Shown one piece after another: positions 54,708 through 64,000 of a stretch of DNA of 64,000 bases. Within the stretch, counting starts at the first letter, position 1. Every line of letters begins with the position of its first letter. A program made the translations under genes and the position numbers. Under the pieces are notes generated by a model, which worked only from the letters and a program-made list of their open reading frames with translations, searched no databases and was not told the DNA's origin. The DNA comes from Balanoglossus misakiensis (Eukaryota; Animalia; Hemichordata), in NCBI GenBank assembly GCA_040954595.2, contig CM082583.2, positions 4,765,374-4,829,373 on the forward strand, written 5' to 3'.

Positions 54708-54767
54708 ATGTATGTATGTATGTGTGTGTGTATGTATGTATGTATATATGTATGTATGTATGTATGT
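54708..54767. repeat. (ATGT)n/(GT)n microsatellite, right flank of the retroelement
   Basis: Directly visible. Confidence 0.9.
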
Positions 54768-54850
54768 ACGTTTTTTTTTATTTTTATGTAATAATTTTTA
54801 TCAGTGTCACTATTATATAACCCCCCCCCCCCTTTTTTTTTTGCTTACAG

Positions 54851-54929
54851 AGGAGGAGGCAGTTTCAGTACCCGCGAAGATTATGGAGGATCCCAGGGAG
54901 GCTACAACCAAAATTTTGCGCAGGATCCG
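54851..54929 (+). CDS. HNRNPK: hnRNP K coding exon 9 (GGGSFSTREDYGGSQGGYNQNFAQDP)
   Basis: Long C/T tract plus ttacag acceptor, gtgagt donor; phase 2 to 0. Confidence 0.9.
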
Positions 54930-56489
54930 GTGAGTGGTGTTTGTTTTTGTCTGATCTGTAATTGTTGCTTTGGCTTCTCCATGGAAAGCTGCTTCTTAAG
55001 TGCATGATTTTGAGATAATCAGAATTTGAGTGATATCTGCTGGGTTTAGGGATCTATCCATGTGGGTGCTTTTCAATGAAACCCGGAATGAACAGTATCT
55101 GTACTTACATTACAAGGCGGCTTGTCAAAAATTTTATGCGACTGACCGATCCTCTTCAAGATCTATCATGTACCACTTCACCTTTCGAATTTTGTAGCAA
55201 TCTAGTAGTCCCCATTTGAAAGCTTTTCTGAAAATATAGAAAATATAGTTATTGAGTTACATCGGCTATTGTCGGGGGAACTGGCAGACTTGGCCATTGT
55301 TTGCAAAAATCAAATTAGAGAGGCTGCCACTTCAACTTCAGGATACGACGTCTGAGGACTAACGATTTGATATTTTCAGTAATTGCGTCATTACTAACAG
55401 TTAGAAAAAATTCAGTAGAGCTCGGGAAAGATGGAAGTAATGATGAAATTCCAGTGCGCCCACGTCAAAAGCGTTTGTTTGGTAGAGAAAGGCGCTGTTT
55501 CTTTGGTAGAGAATGGCGCTTGTACTTTGTAGTACCGGTGATTTTTATCGGTCTTTTTTATCAGTGGAATTGTCAGTTATCTGAAATCTCTGTGCTTGTT
55601 TTTTCAAGTTAAGAATGATTATTTCGGAGTCCTACTTTGATGGTCTTGACTCTGTGTTCCCCCCAGAGCAATTGAGAGTATTGGCTGATACCGCGTGATT
55701 TGGGAAAACAATAGAAAATCATAATCATAAAAATAAATAATTGTACTGTTAGCCTCTGCTGTGTCAGAAATTACTTATCCTAGGGGGGTCCGCTATGCAC
55801 TCTTATGAATGCTGCGTTGTTGCTAGGTTACCCTGCTGTTGAATTTGGCCTCTGCTGATGTTGGAGATGTGGGGCTGTTGTGTTTTTCCCAGTCCAGTGT
55901 GTCAAAACGCAATAGGGCATGAAAGATTTTCCTGAAGAATATTTTAGCATGAAGGGAACCAAAAACCGTGAACGTCTGTTGTTAGTTTGTGTGTAGCCCA
56001 TAGGACATGAAACACTTCTTTTATTGTTGTATTAGGTTACAGAGTGTTATTTATGAGACCCTATAAACCTTTTTGTCTTGGAAAACATGGAAAACAGACA
56101 ATCCTGGAAATAATCGGTCATCAGACATTCAGTTAAAAATGATTGGCATCTCAAAAAGTTGTTGACAAAGAAATGTTTGTCCTCCACTGACAACTGCAGG
56201 ATCAGTTTCATACATGTTAGATAATCCTATATGGAAGACCAAGTAAATTATACCGAGATAAAATAATTCATAAAGATATCGGGGAAAAAGATCCTTACTA
56301 ATGACTTTTTGTAGCGTATTCAAAAATAGCGCTTTCGTTTTTAAATGTCAACCTTACGGATAATGTAACATGGAGAAATAAATTTTCCACTGCAATTTTA
56401 AAACCAGAAAAATAAGTGTTTCGTTTGATAATTTGACCCCCGCTGTATTCGATCTCATATTTTTTTCTTCTTCTTTTTTTTGCTTTCAG

Positions 56490-56532
56490 GTTGGTGGCTC
56501 AAATTTCAGTGACGCCTCAAGCTATGACAATG
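56490..56532 (+). CDS. HNRNPK: hnRNP K coding exon 10 (VGGSNFSDASSYDN)
   Basis: Strong polypyrimidine tract plus tttcag, gtaagt donor; needed to bridge phase 0 to 1. Confidence 0.9.
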
Positions 56533-57114
56533 GTAAGTTGGGCTTGTATTTGTGTGCTGTCTTGATTTTATGGATTTTAGTAGAACACATCTTTCATGCT
56601 GACCCTACAGAACACACACACACAGCTGTCGTCCACATTCCAGGTTTTGTGTCCGGTCTTAAAAGTGAAATGCGTTGATTCACGTCAGCTTTAACTGGTC
56701 AGATGTCAGACGTCGAAAATTTATTGCACGAAAACTGAATTGTGTGTATTGCGAGATTTGGGGAGAAATCCCTCCAAATTCCTGACAGCTTTGTGCTGCT
56801 TGCCCTGACAATTCACCGAGTGAAATATCAAATATGTCAAGATCATCTCCACCTGAAATAAAAATCCTATTTAGTGCCTCATTATGGCTTGCTTCCATCA
56901 AATCATGTCACTTCAATAAAACCGTGCTTATCCGCAACATGAATGTGAGTGGCTGTTATGTTTGATGTTCAAAACCTGTATTTGGGCGCCTGACTTAAGG
57001 GTTTATTTTCGAAAGTACTTGTGTATGCATCTTGTGGGGTTTTAGTTTAGAACATCGTGTCTCGGATATCTGAAGCCTCTGATGATGAGCGTTTCCGTTC
57101 ACTTTATGTTGCAG

Positions 57115-57176
57115 ATGGCATTGATCAGTACGACGCCAACCAGTTTACCTCCACTCAAGTCACGATCCCAAAAGAT
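57115..57176 (+). CDS. HNRNPK: hnRNP K coding exon 11 (DGIDQYDANQFTSTQVTIPKD; start of KH3)
   Basis: ttgcag acceptor, gtaagt donor; TQVTIPKD is typical of hnRNP K KH3. Confidence 0.97.
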
Positions 57177-57213
57177 GTAAGTACAGATTATTTTCTACAG
57201 TTTGTCTTTCTTG

Positions 57214-57431
57214 CTCTCTCTATCTATCTCTCTGTCTGTCTCTCTATCTCTCTGTCTGTCTGGCTCTCTGTCTGTCTGTCTCTCTCTCTCTCTCACACAC
57301 ATACATACATAGATACATACATAGATACTTACATGTACATACATACATACATACATACATACATACATACATACATACATACATACATACATACATACAT
57401 ACATACATACATACATACATACATACATACA

Positions 57432-57463
<32 letters not shown>

Positions 57464-57577
57464 CGAAGTATGCGGTTCGACTGGTCCGATCCAAAGTGCT
57501 CAATACAAGAGTAGAGCGGAATATAAAGGAGGGAAGTAGGAGAAACGGAAGGCCTTCCGTTTCTCCTACTACCCTCC

Positions 57578-57609
<32 letters not shown>

Positions 57610-57620
57610 CATACATACAT
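57214..57620. repeat. Compound microsatellite (CT/CTGT)n then (TACA)n, interrupted by a unique insert at about 57464-57580
   Basis: Directly visible; explains the HTYI/MYVC low-complexity ORFs. Confidence 0.95.
57464..57580. mobile_element. About 120-bp insertion within (TACA)n, ending in a 58-nt near-perfect palindrome
   Basis: Unique sequence with sharp boundaries inside the microsatellite; palindrome 57524-57581 with 29-nt arms and one mismatch. Confidence 0.55.
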
Positions 57621-57860
57621 TGATCATCACGGTTTGTGTGTGTCTCTCTCACCCACACACTTTGATTTTTGTATCATACAATTGAATCAGATCATCAAAT
57701 ACACAGTTCTTGTCGTCTCATACTTATTTGCTAGTGTAATCCATCACAATCTTGATTCAGCTACAATTGGTGCTTTTGGAACAGACATACTGGAAAATAA
57801 ACGAGAGAGTAATCTGGCAATGCGTTTTGACAATTTTGTGTCTTTCTCCTCCTGTTTCAG

Positions 57861-58030
57861 CTGGCAGGTTCAATCATCGGCAAAGGTGGCATGCGCATTC
57901 GTGAAATCCGCCAGGTGTCCAACGCCAAAATCAAGATAGATGAGCCACTGCCGGGGTCAAACGACCGCATCATCACCATCACTGGCTCCCCCCACCAAAT
58001 CCAGAATGCTCAGTTTCTTCTGCAGAACAG
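57861..58030 (+). CDS. HNRNPK: hnRNP K coding exon 12 ([56 protein letters not shown]; KH3)
   Basis: tttcag acceptor, gtgaat donor; very close to the KH3 consensus. Confidence 0.98.
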
Positions 58031-59013
58031 GTGAATAGAGCCCCTGTCTATTAAACATTCTATATAACCATTTGTTGTCTGACATTCAAGATGTACAAAG
58101 TAATTGCTAGTTGATCAGTCTCAAAATTTTACCCTGTAAAAGATGGGCTTAATATGATCAAGAACTTGAGGTTTCTTTGGACTAGAAAACAAGCTATTTT
58201 TACGTCGAAACATTTTAGGTTTCATGTGAAAGCAGTATGCATGCTCTATTCTTTGTAGATTTGTGAACAGAAATTGCATGCTCTTGTTATCTGAATGCTC
58301 GTGTGACAGATATGTGTATGTCTGATGCTTCGCCCATTTCAAGGCCTGCTCTTGTTAATCAAACAAAACTGACAGTTCCGCGTCATGCCCAGTTTTCATC
58401 CTTGTTGTCAATGCAACCTCGGGGTACTACCCCTCTACACGTCAGATGCCTATTGTCTGCCCTCTCTGGCAGGGGTAGTCCTGCTTCCTGTCTGTGACGC
58501 TTGGAGTTTCATCGGCGCGTGCAGTTCCCCCCAACCCTGCAGCTTCGGACTTGTCAATCACATTTTGTTTGAATGGCCGGGGTTGACATTTGCACAGTCT
58601 CCACTCGCGCCCTGCTGTGGCATTGTCGACAATCCCTAGGTGTCTCGGCAGCAGTTGGAAAAGCTCCTGTTTATCCAGCCTGCATTTCCCAACCTCTGGA
58701 CTTCCCATTTTCGAATAAGTGTGAAAGGTTCGCGTCTTGACGACAGTGCGTCTTAATCCCCCGGCACAAACGTCTCCTGAATAATGCACCTTTTTTGTCA
58801 TCGAGGCAACTGGTTTGTTCCAGTAGAATACATGGTGGCTGATTCTATTTAACTGGAGAGAATGGGATGAGAAGGGGGGGGGGATCTTTTCAGAAGGGTG
58901 GGCAGCCGCAGAACACCGGAGGGTTGGCGGGAACTCCTTTATTGCGCGTATAGTCTCCAGGAAGCCGGAATTGATGGTACGGATGGGGGTGTCACCATGG
59001 CAACAGATTGATG

Positions 59014-59098
59014 TCGCACACGGTATGGAAGACTAGTGATTTTGTTGTTGTTGCAAAGTTACAAACAAAAAATCACAGTCATCCATTACCGTGTGTGA
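59014..59098 (+). ncRNA. mir-7: miR-7 hairpin; mature 5p UGGAAGACUAGUGAUUUUGUUGUU at 59026-59049, star arm about 59066-59087
   Basis: Exact miR-7 mature sequence. 12-bp lower stem (59014-59025 with 59087-59098), basal UG at -14/-13 (59012-59013), downstream CNNC (CAGC 59105-59108). Located in the last hnRNP K intron as in vertebrates and Drosophila. Confidence 0.98.
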
Positions 59099-59792
59099 GA
59101 ATAGCAGCAGATGTAAAACCATAGTGTTTCACCACTGGAGTGCGGGTTATGTGAACTGAGTTGGTGCTGGCAGTGGCTTGCATGAGTTCAACGCAATGCA
59201 GAAGTGATACATAATGAGAAATGAGGGCACAATCTTATTAAAATCTGGATAAACCACACCCTGAAGATGTAGGCTTACGAGAGAGTAGTGAAGTCTCCAG
59301 ACTAAATGAATAACAAATATTGCAGTACTGAATTGCATCAATAAATTAGAGAAAATTATTGTGGGCCCCATGATGACTTGAATCAAGTACAAGTAGCAGT
59401 TTATGACATAGTTGTTCCAAATACTGAGTGTTAATAGTTTCTGTGACATGGTTACTCTGAATACGAGTGTCTTGGCTTTGAGAAATTGTCCCATAAAAGC
59501 TTATGGCTCGAGAATGATGCTAACTGTGTATGTGATGTGCTGAAATGTATTTACACGCAAGCTGGGATCACTCAAGCTGGGATCACTCCCACTGATTATA
59601 TCAGTGTTGAAATTTGCAGATTTGACGCCGGTTGTGTTTGGTTGGACTTTTGCGTCTTGTACTCCCACCACCCCACCCCCCCCACCCCCACACACACACA
59701 CATACACACTTTCCAGCTCTAGTGACAGCGCATGCACAGAGAAACAACCCCTTTGATGATACTAACAGTACATAGTGTTTCATCTTCTACAG

Positions 59793-59823
59793 CGTCCGGG
59801 AGCACTCAGGGAAGCTTTTCTAA
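59793..59823 (+). CDS. HNRNPK: hnRNP K coding exon 13 (SVREHSGKLF-stop)
   Basis: TACTAAC branch point at 59760-59766, ctacag acceptor, phase 2, TAA at 59821-59823. Confidence 0.93.
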
Positions 59824-60945
59824 ATTCAGTAAATGGTAGTCGGGGCAACCCAGAGAGAGAGAGAGAGACCAGACGCAGATAAGAGAGAACACAAACTGAA
59901 TATACACCAAGCGAAAACCAGCAAGATGGGGAAAAGGGATTCCTGCAGACCCTCGGACATCATCTACTCTTGCACTTTTTAAACTGAGTATAATACAGTC
60001 AACACTCTTTCTTGTATTTTCACCCGTAACCCGACTTAGCTTGTATCTACCCTAAGGATTTTACTTATATTCATCAAGGCTTAATGTGGACCCTATTCAC
60101 TCACTGTTGTACAATCAGAAACTGCAAAAAAAAAAAATATTTTCATATACGTGCTAATTTTTCCCACTGTTGTATGTCATTTCCAGTTCAATATATATTC
60201 AGAACCCGTTCCAGGGATTTACATAATCTTTTTTTTGCCTTTACCCAAATTAGGACTGATTATGTATTTACTTTGTGTTCCTTCTCATTCTTGTTGAATT
60301 TATTTTTTACTTGCGGACATTTTATCGGTGGATTGTGTGTTCAGATTCCGTCTTGATCAAGTTTTAAAGATTTCACAGAAATACAGATGTAACAATCCCC
60401 ATCCCGTGTTTTTTTGTTATTCAGGTATTGTAGAATTTTTCACAACGTTAGAGTTCTAGGCAAGAGTTTAAATATGTACATTTCTCTGGAATTATCCCTT
60501 TAAGAAGATATATTGTAGACATTGGTGTAGTAAAAAAAAAATATTTCAGTTCTGTCTACACCTGCCAAGTTTCAAACTTTGTGCATGTAAAAAAATGTCT
60601 CTATTTTGTATTGCAGTATTAACTGTGTTCATTGGAACCTAATCAATTGCTATCTGTTTGTTTGGTTCTCTTTGCTTGAATTATAATTTTTTTTTGCAAA
60701 TTTTTTGACTGTGCAGATGAGAGAAAAATCGTTTTATTTTTGCAGGGGAGTTTTTTGTATCGATTAGAAGAAACAGTATTTTTGAGGTTGTGTTGACCAA
60801 ACGAGGGTGACGCTAAAAAAACCCTGAGAGAGTCGAGTTTTTATCGTATTCACATGGAAAGCCCATTCACAGCGGCGAAGACTGCAGCTTTTTTGACTTT
60901 CTTCAGTGTGTGTTTCCTTGTGAAATTGTGGCAGACACGACTGAC

Positions 60946-60951
60946 AATAAA
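60946..60951 (+). terminator. Likely polyadenylation signal of hnRNP K (second candidate AATAAA at 61133-61138)
   Basis: AATAAA about 1.1 kb after the stop, ending a U-rich 3' UTR-like stretch. Confidence 0.55.
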
Positions 60952-62822
60952 ACGCAGTGCCATACTTTATTCCCTATGCAGAATCCTTTAATTTCTAGAT
61001 GAGTACTACGTGGATGATTTATGGCGATAAAATATAATGCCTTTTTTTGCCCTCTTGATAACCTTGGTGCACTTTATTTTTTTTTCATTTTCACACCCAC
61101 GTTGGCATAAAACTGTACATTTTTCATATAACAATAAACAGGATTGAAATTTTACACCCTTGTCTGTGTGGAAGTCCTATTTTTTTCAAGGTCAAGGTGT
61201 CTTGTTTTGAAAACAAAAAAGATGAGATGGTTTGGATTTAATGAGTTGTCCTGCAGTTATAAACCGGTACAGTCTTGGGAAGATTACACGGGAGGGATTT
61301 TAAAGGATTACAATGGTATTAATAAAACCTTCAAGGTAAACGGCGAAGGACACATACACCCTGGATCATAGCTTAGATTTTTAGTATTTTGCCTCGAAAC
61401 ATTGTCCGACTAATCCTGCAATGCGTTTCCCATCACAGCTGCAAGACGATCCTGTTTTGTTGCAATATGAAGACCAAAGCAAGACAGACGTATTGTGTGC
61501 TGAAAACATAAACTGTGTCGCGATTCAAGCAGGAATCAAAGATCTCAATTTAGAGGTTGCACTAGAGATCCAGAAACCATCGTGGATGTTAAAACATAGT
61601 AAATTTCAAAACGTCCTGAAATGAAAAACTCTCAAAAGATAAAAAAAAAGCAGATGATGACTCAAGTCAAACTAAGGGTGACGTAAACATTAAAAACTTT
61701 GCATTTTGAGGTGTGTATGGTGTCACGATCAATTGATCAGTTAGTTCACAAATGGACTGAATGTAGTGTCGAATTAAGGGCGCGCTGGTGGATAGAATGA
61801 ATTGGGTCAGCAGAAAAGCTGGAGAGAGAGACGGTAACCAATAAACTTTGATTTTCTCCCTGTAGCCCAGATCAATCAATCAAACCTACAGATCGCCAGC
61901 TTCAAAAACCGACTTCACCACCATTGCAGATCTGCAGCTTACACCCACGTCGTTTTTTTTTCCTCATCAGAAGCGCGTAAAGAGGCTGCCTGTAGCCACA
62001 ACACCAACAAAAAAAGGATGTGGCTTTCAAACAATCCATGGCCACATCATTGTTGGATACGCAGCAATACAATTAAAATCTAGAGTATGGGGCAGAAAAG
62101 GGTTATGAATAAATTACAAGAAGCTTACGTTAGACATAAGAGGACGGTCCCAAATAGGAAGTTATTTTTATACAATATTTAGTTGGCTGTTGCGGGTGAA
62201 AAGAACTCATTCATATACGCGCTCATGGTCACATTATGTTTTGTTCAACCTTCAGACATCGTTTTCAAAAGCTGAGGAAATGACCCGGGGAAGCAACAAT
62301 CCGAGATTATGGGAAATTGATGTCCACAAAAGACTTCTGAAGAGTGTTCTTATATCGATGGTGATGAGCTTATATTTAATACAGTCAAAGAAAAGGTGAA
62401 ATATGAGGGGGGGGTGCAACCTTGAGCTCGAAAAACTATTTATGATCACACGAGTGACGAAAGCCATCAAAACATGAAAATTTAGGTATCCAATAATGTC
62501 AACAATTGTGAGTGGTGTTTCAAGTTCTAAACTCGTTCTGACCTGGGGGGGGGGGGGGGGGGGTCCGCCGTGGTTTTATGAAATACAGCATCGTGCTGTC
62601 ACACTTGGCACTGTACAAGTTGCGCAACTTTCCCCAAAGTCAAAGATGGATGGTCGGGTCATCTGATACATTTTATATTGGTACGCCAGTTTATATTATG
62701 AATGAAATTTCCACACTTCAATCACCCACAGACACAACATCAAAAGGTCTGCAAACCCAAAATGATGTTTCGTACTTGGCAACAGTTGCTAAGCAACTAG
62801 TTTCAATCTGCTGGATCATGCA

Positions 62823-63133
62823 TCACACGCTAAAGAAGACCCGGTCAGCATTGCCTGTCCACTGATGGGATTGTGGACGCCATGAAATCATGAAATATAC
62901 TTGGTGGTCCCACTTCACCCAACACTCAAGACATCTGTAGCAGCCAATGGCACTCAGGCGCAGTGTGGATAAACCAAATTTCTGGTGATGTTTTTCTTCT
63001 GCATACATGATTGTCACAAACCTGTCAATTACATCACCCGAGGCACCAATCAGTGTTGCACCTGTGTTCAACGCACTTTTGTTTTTGATAAGCTTGATCA
63101 GCTTGTTGCGGACTGCCGTGCATTCAACAGAAT
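62823..63133 (-). CDS. Possible terminal exon or pseudo-exon of an unidentified convergent gene
   Basis: On the - strand: branch actaat plus cccag acceptor, then 102 open codons (SVECTAVRNKLIKL...NADRVFFSV*). No family recognised and no clean upstream exon. Confidence 0.25.
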
Positions 63134-64000
63134 CTGGGTATTAGTACACAGTATAGCAAGAACATTTTTGACCACGACTGAGATACAGCAGCTGCAGTAT
63201 ATTGGATAATTACCTGATTTAGTTTCAGTGTGTTTTTTTCTAAATTAACACTGTTGGCAAGATCTTTCATACAACAATAACTGAAACAGAAAGATGTCTG
63301 GAAACCAATTTTATATTAGCTCCACTTGGAGATTATCATAATAGTTGGGTTGTCCACCAGTTCCTGTTGGCATCACCGATGATGTCTGTAACTTTTCAAA
63401 TTCAATGCAAATCAGTGCATCTGCTACTTTTATAGTGAATGTGTTCAGTTTGTTCTCGAGACACGCAAGAGGAAATCTTGCCAAGTTCAAGATTGTTTAT
63501 GCTTCGGTTCTCACATGCAACTTAAACATACACTGAGGTACCATATGACAACTGCAGAGGGCGCTGTTCTAACATCAAGGGGGGGGGGGGGGGGCTGTCA
63601 GTCATGGTCACATTTTAGCCCAGTCTGCTGCAAGGTTCATACCATCTGATTTGTTGGTCAGTTAGTTGGTTTCCTCAACCTTCAGTTTATGTGGTGCTTT
63701 TGGGGCTCGCTGAATCACCAGAACATCAAGTGCATGAGTACTGAGCAATGTAAAGTTGGGGAAGTGAAGGTTGATTCTTTCAGAAAACAAATGGGGGGTC
63801 AAGGTATGATATGAAACGGCACATTTTAATTTTAGGTCCCAAAAGCAGTCTGCCTTCACAGTCTCTGCCATAAACAAACACAACCATATGTACAACCTAA
63901 GTTCTGTGTGAACAAAAATCATGACAAAATCTACTTGAGTTTTGAAAAATGGATTTTATCATCTTTGAACAATATTGATGGTTTTAAACTTTGCCAACAC

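Larger units (their letters stand above)
29809..59823 (+). other. HNRNPK: hnRNP K gene span (ATG to stop), 13 coding exons, 1281 nt CDS, 426 aa
   Basis: Manually assembled exons join in frame through GT-AG introns. The translation has KRPA...KRSR, three KH domains (GKGG, GRAG, GKGG loops), an RGG region and C-terminal SVREHSGKLF resembling vertebrate SVKQYSGKFF. miR-7 lies in the last intron. Confidence 0.97.

Noticed and set aside
57473-57490. GGTTCGA B-box-like motif (also near 38150) as tRNA or SINE
   Set aside because: No A box and no cloverleaf.
57057-57939. Long ORFs with HTYI/MYVC repeats
   Set aside because: Translations of (TACA)n; only 57115-57176 and 57861-58030 are real exons.
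63551-63568. CTCF-like motif ctgcagagggcgctg (also ccaccaggggagac near 49110)
   Set aside because: Single imperfect matches are expected by chance in 64 kb; cannot be supported without binding data.

Overview
Eukaryotic (animal, probably marine invertebrate; taxon not determinable from sequence alone), AT-rich, intron-rich window. Nearly all ORFs in the supplied track are spurious. The main feature is a complete + strand hnRNP K gene: 13 coding exons from 29809 to 59823, all GT-AG and phase-consistent, giving 426 aa with an N-terminal basic NLS, KH1, KH2, an RGG/Pro KI region and KH3. Its last intron hosts miR-7 (mature arm 59026-59049). There is a probable bidirectional promoter at about 10.3-10.7 kb, a second TATA/Inr promoter at about 29.65 kb, and a spliced, apparently non-coding divergent transcript on the - strand. 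Mobile DNA includes a young 5'-truncated RLE-type non-LTR retrotransposon inside a (GTAT)n microsatellite, a 120-bp palindrome-ended insert in another (TACA)n tract, a Helentron-associated element, three Kolobok-type MITEs and a TcMar-like MITE. Most interesting signals: (i) two unrelated elements inserted in the same tetranucleotide microsatellite class; (ii) a ~296-nt AG-free, C-rich zone before a frame-shifting 44-nt KH1 exon (candidate autoregulatory NMD switch); (iii) splice and polyadenylation options that could uncouple hnRNP K protein from miR-7 output. All calls come from manual reading; no database search was run.
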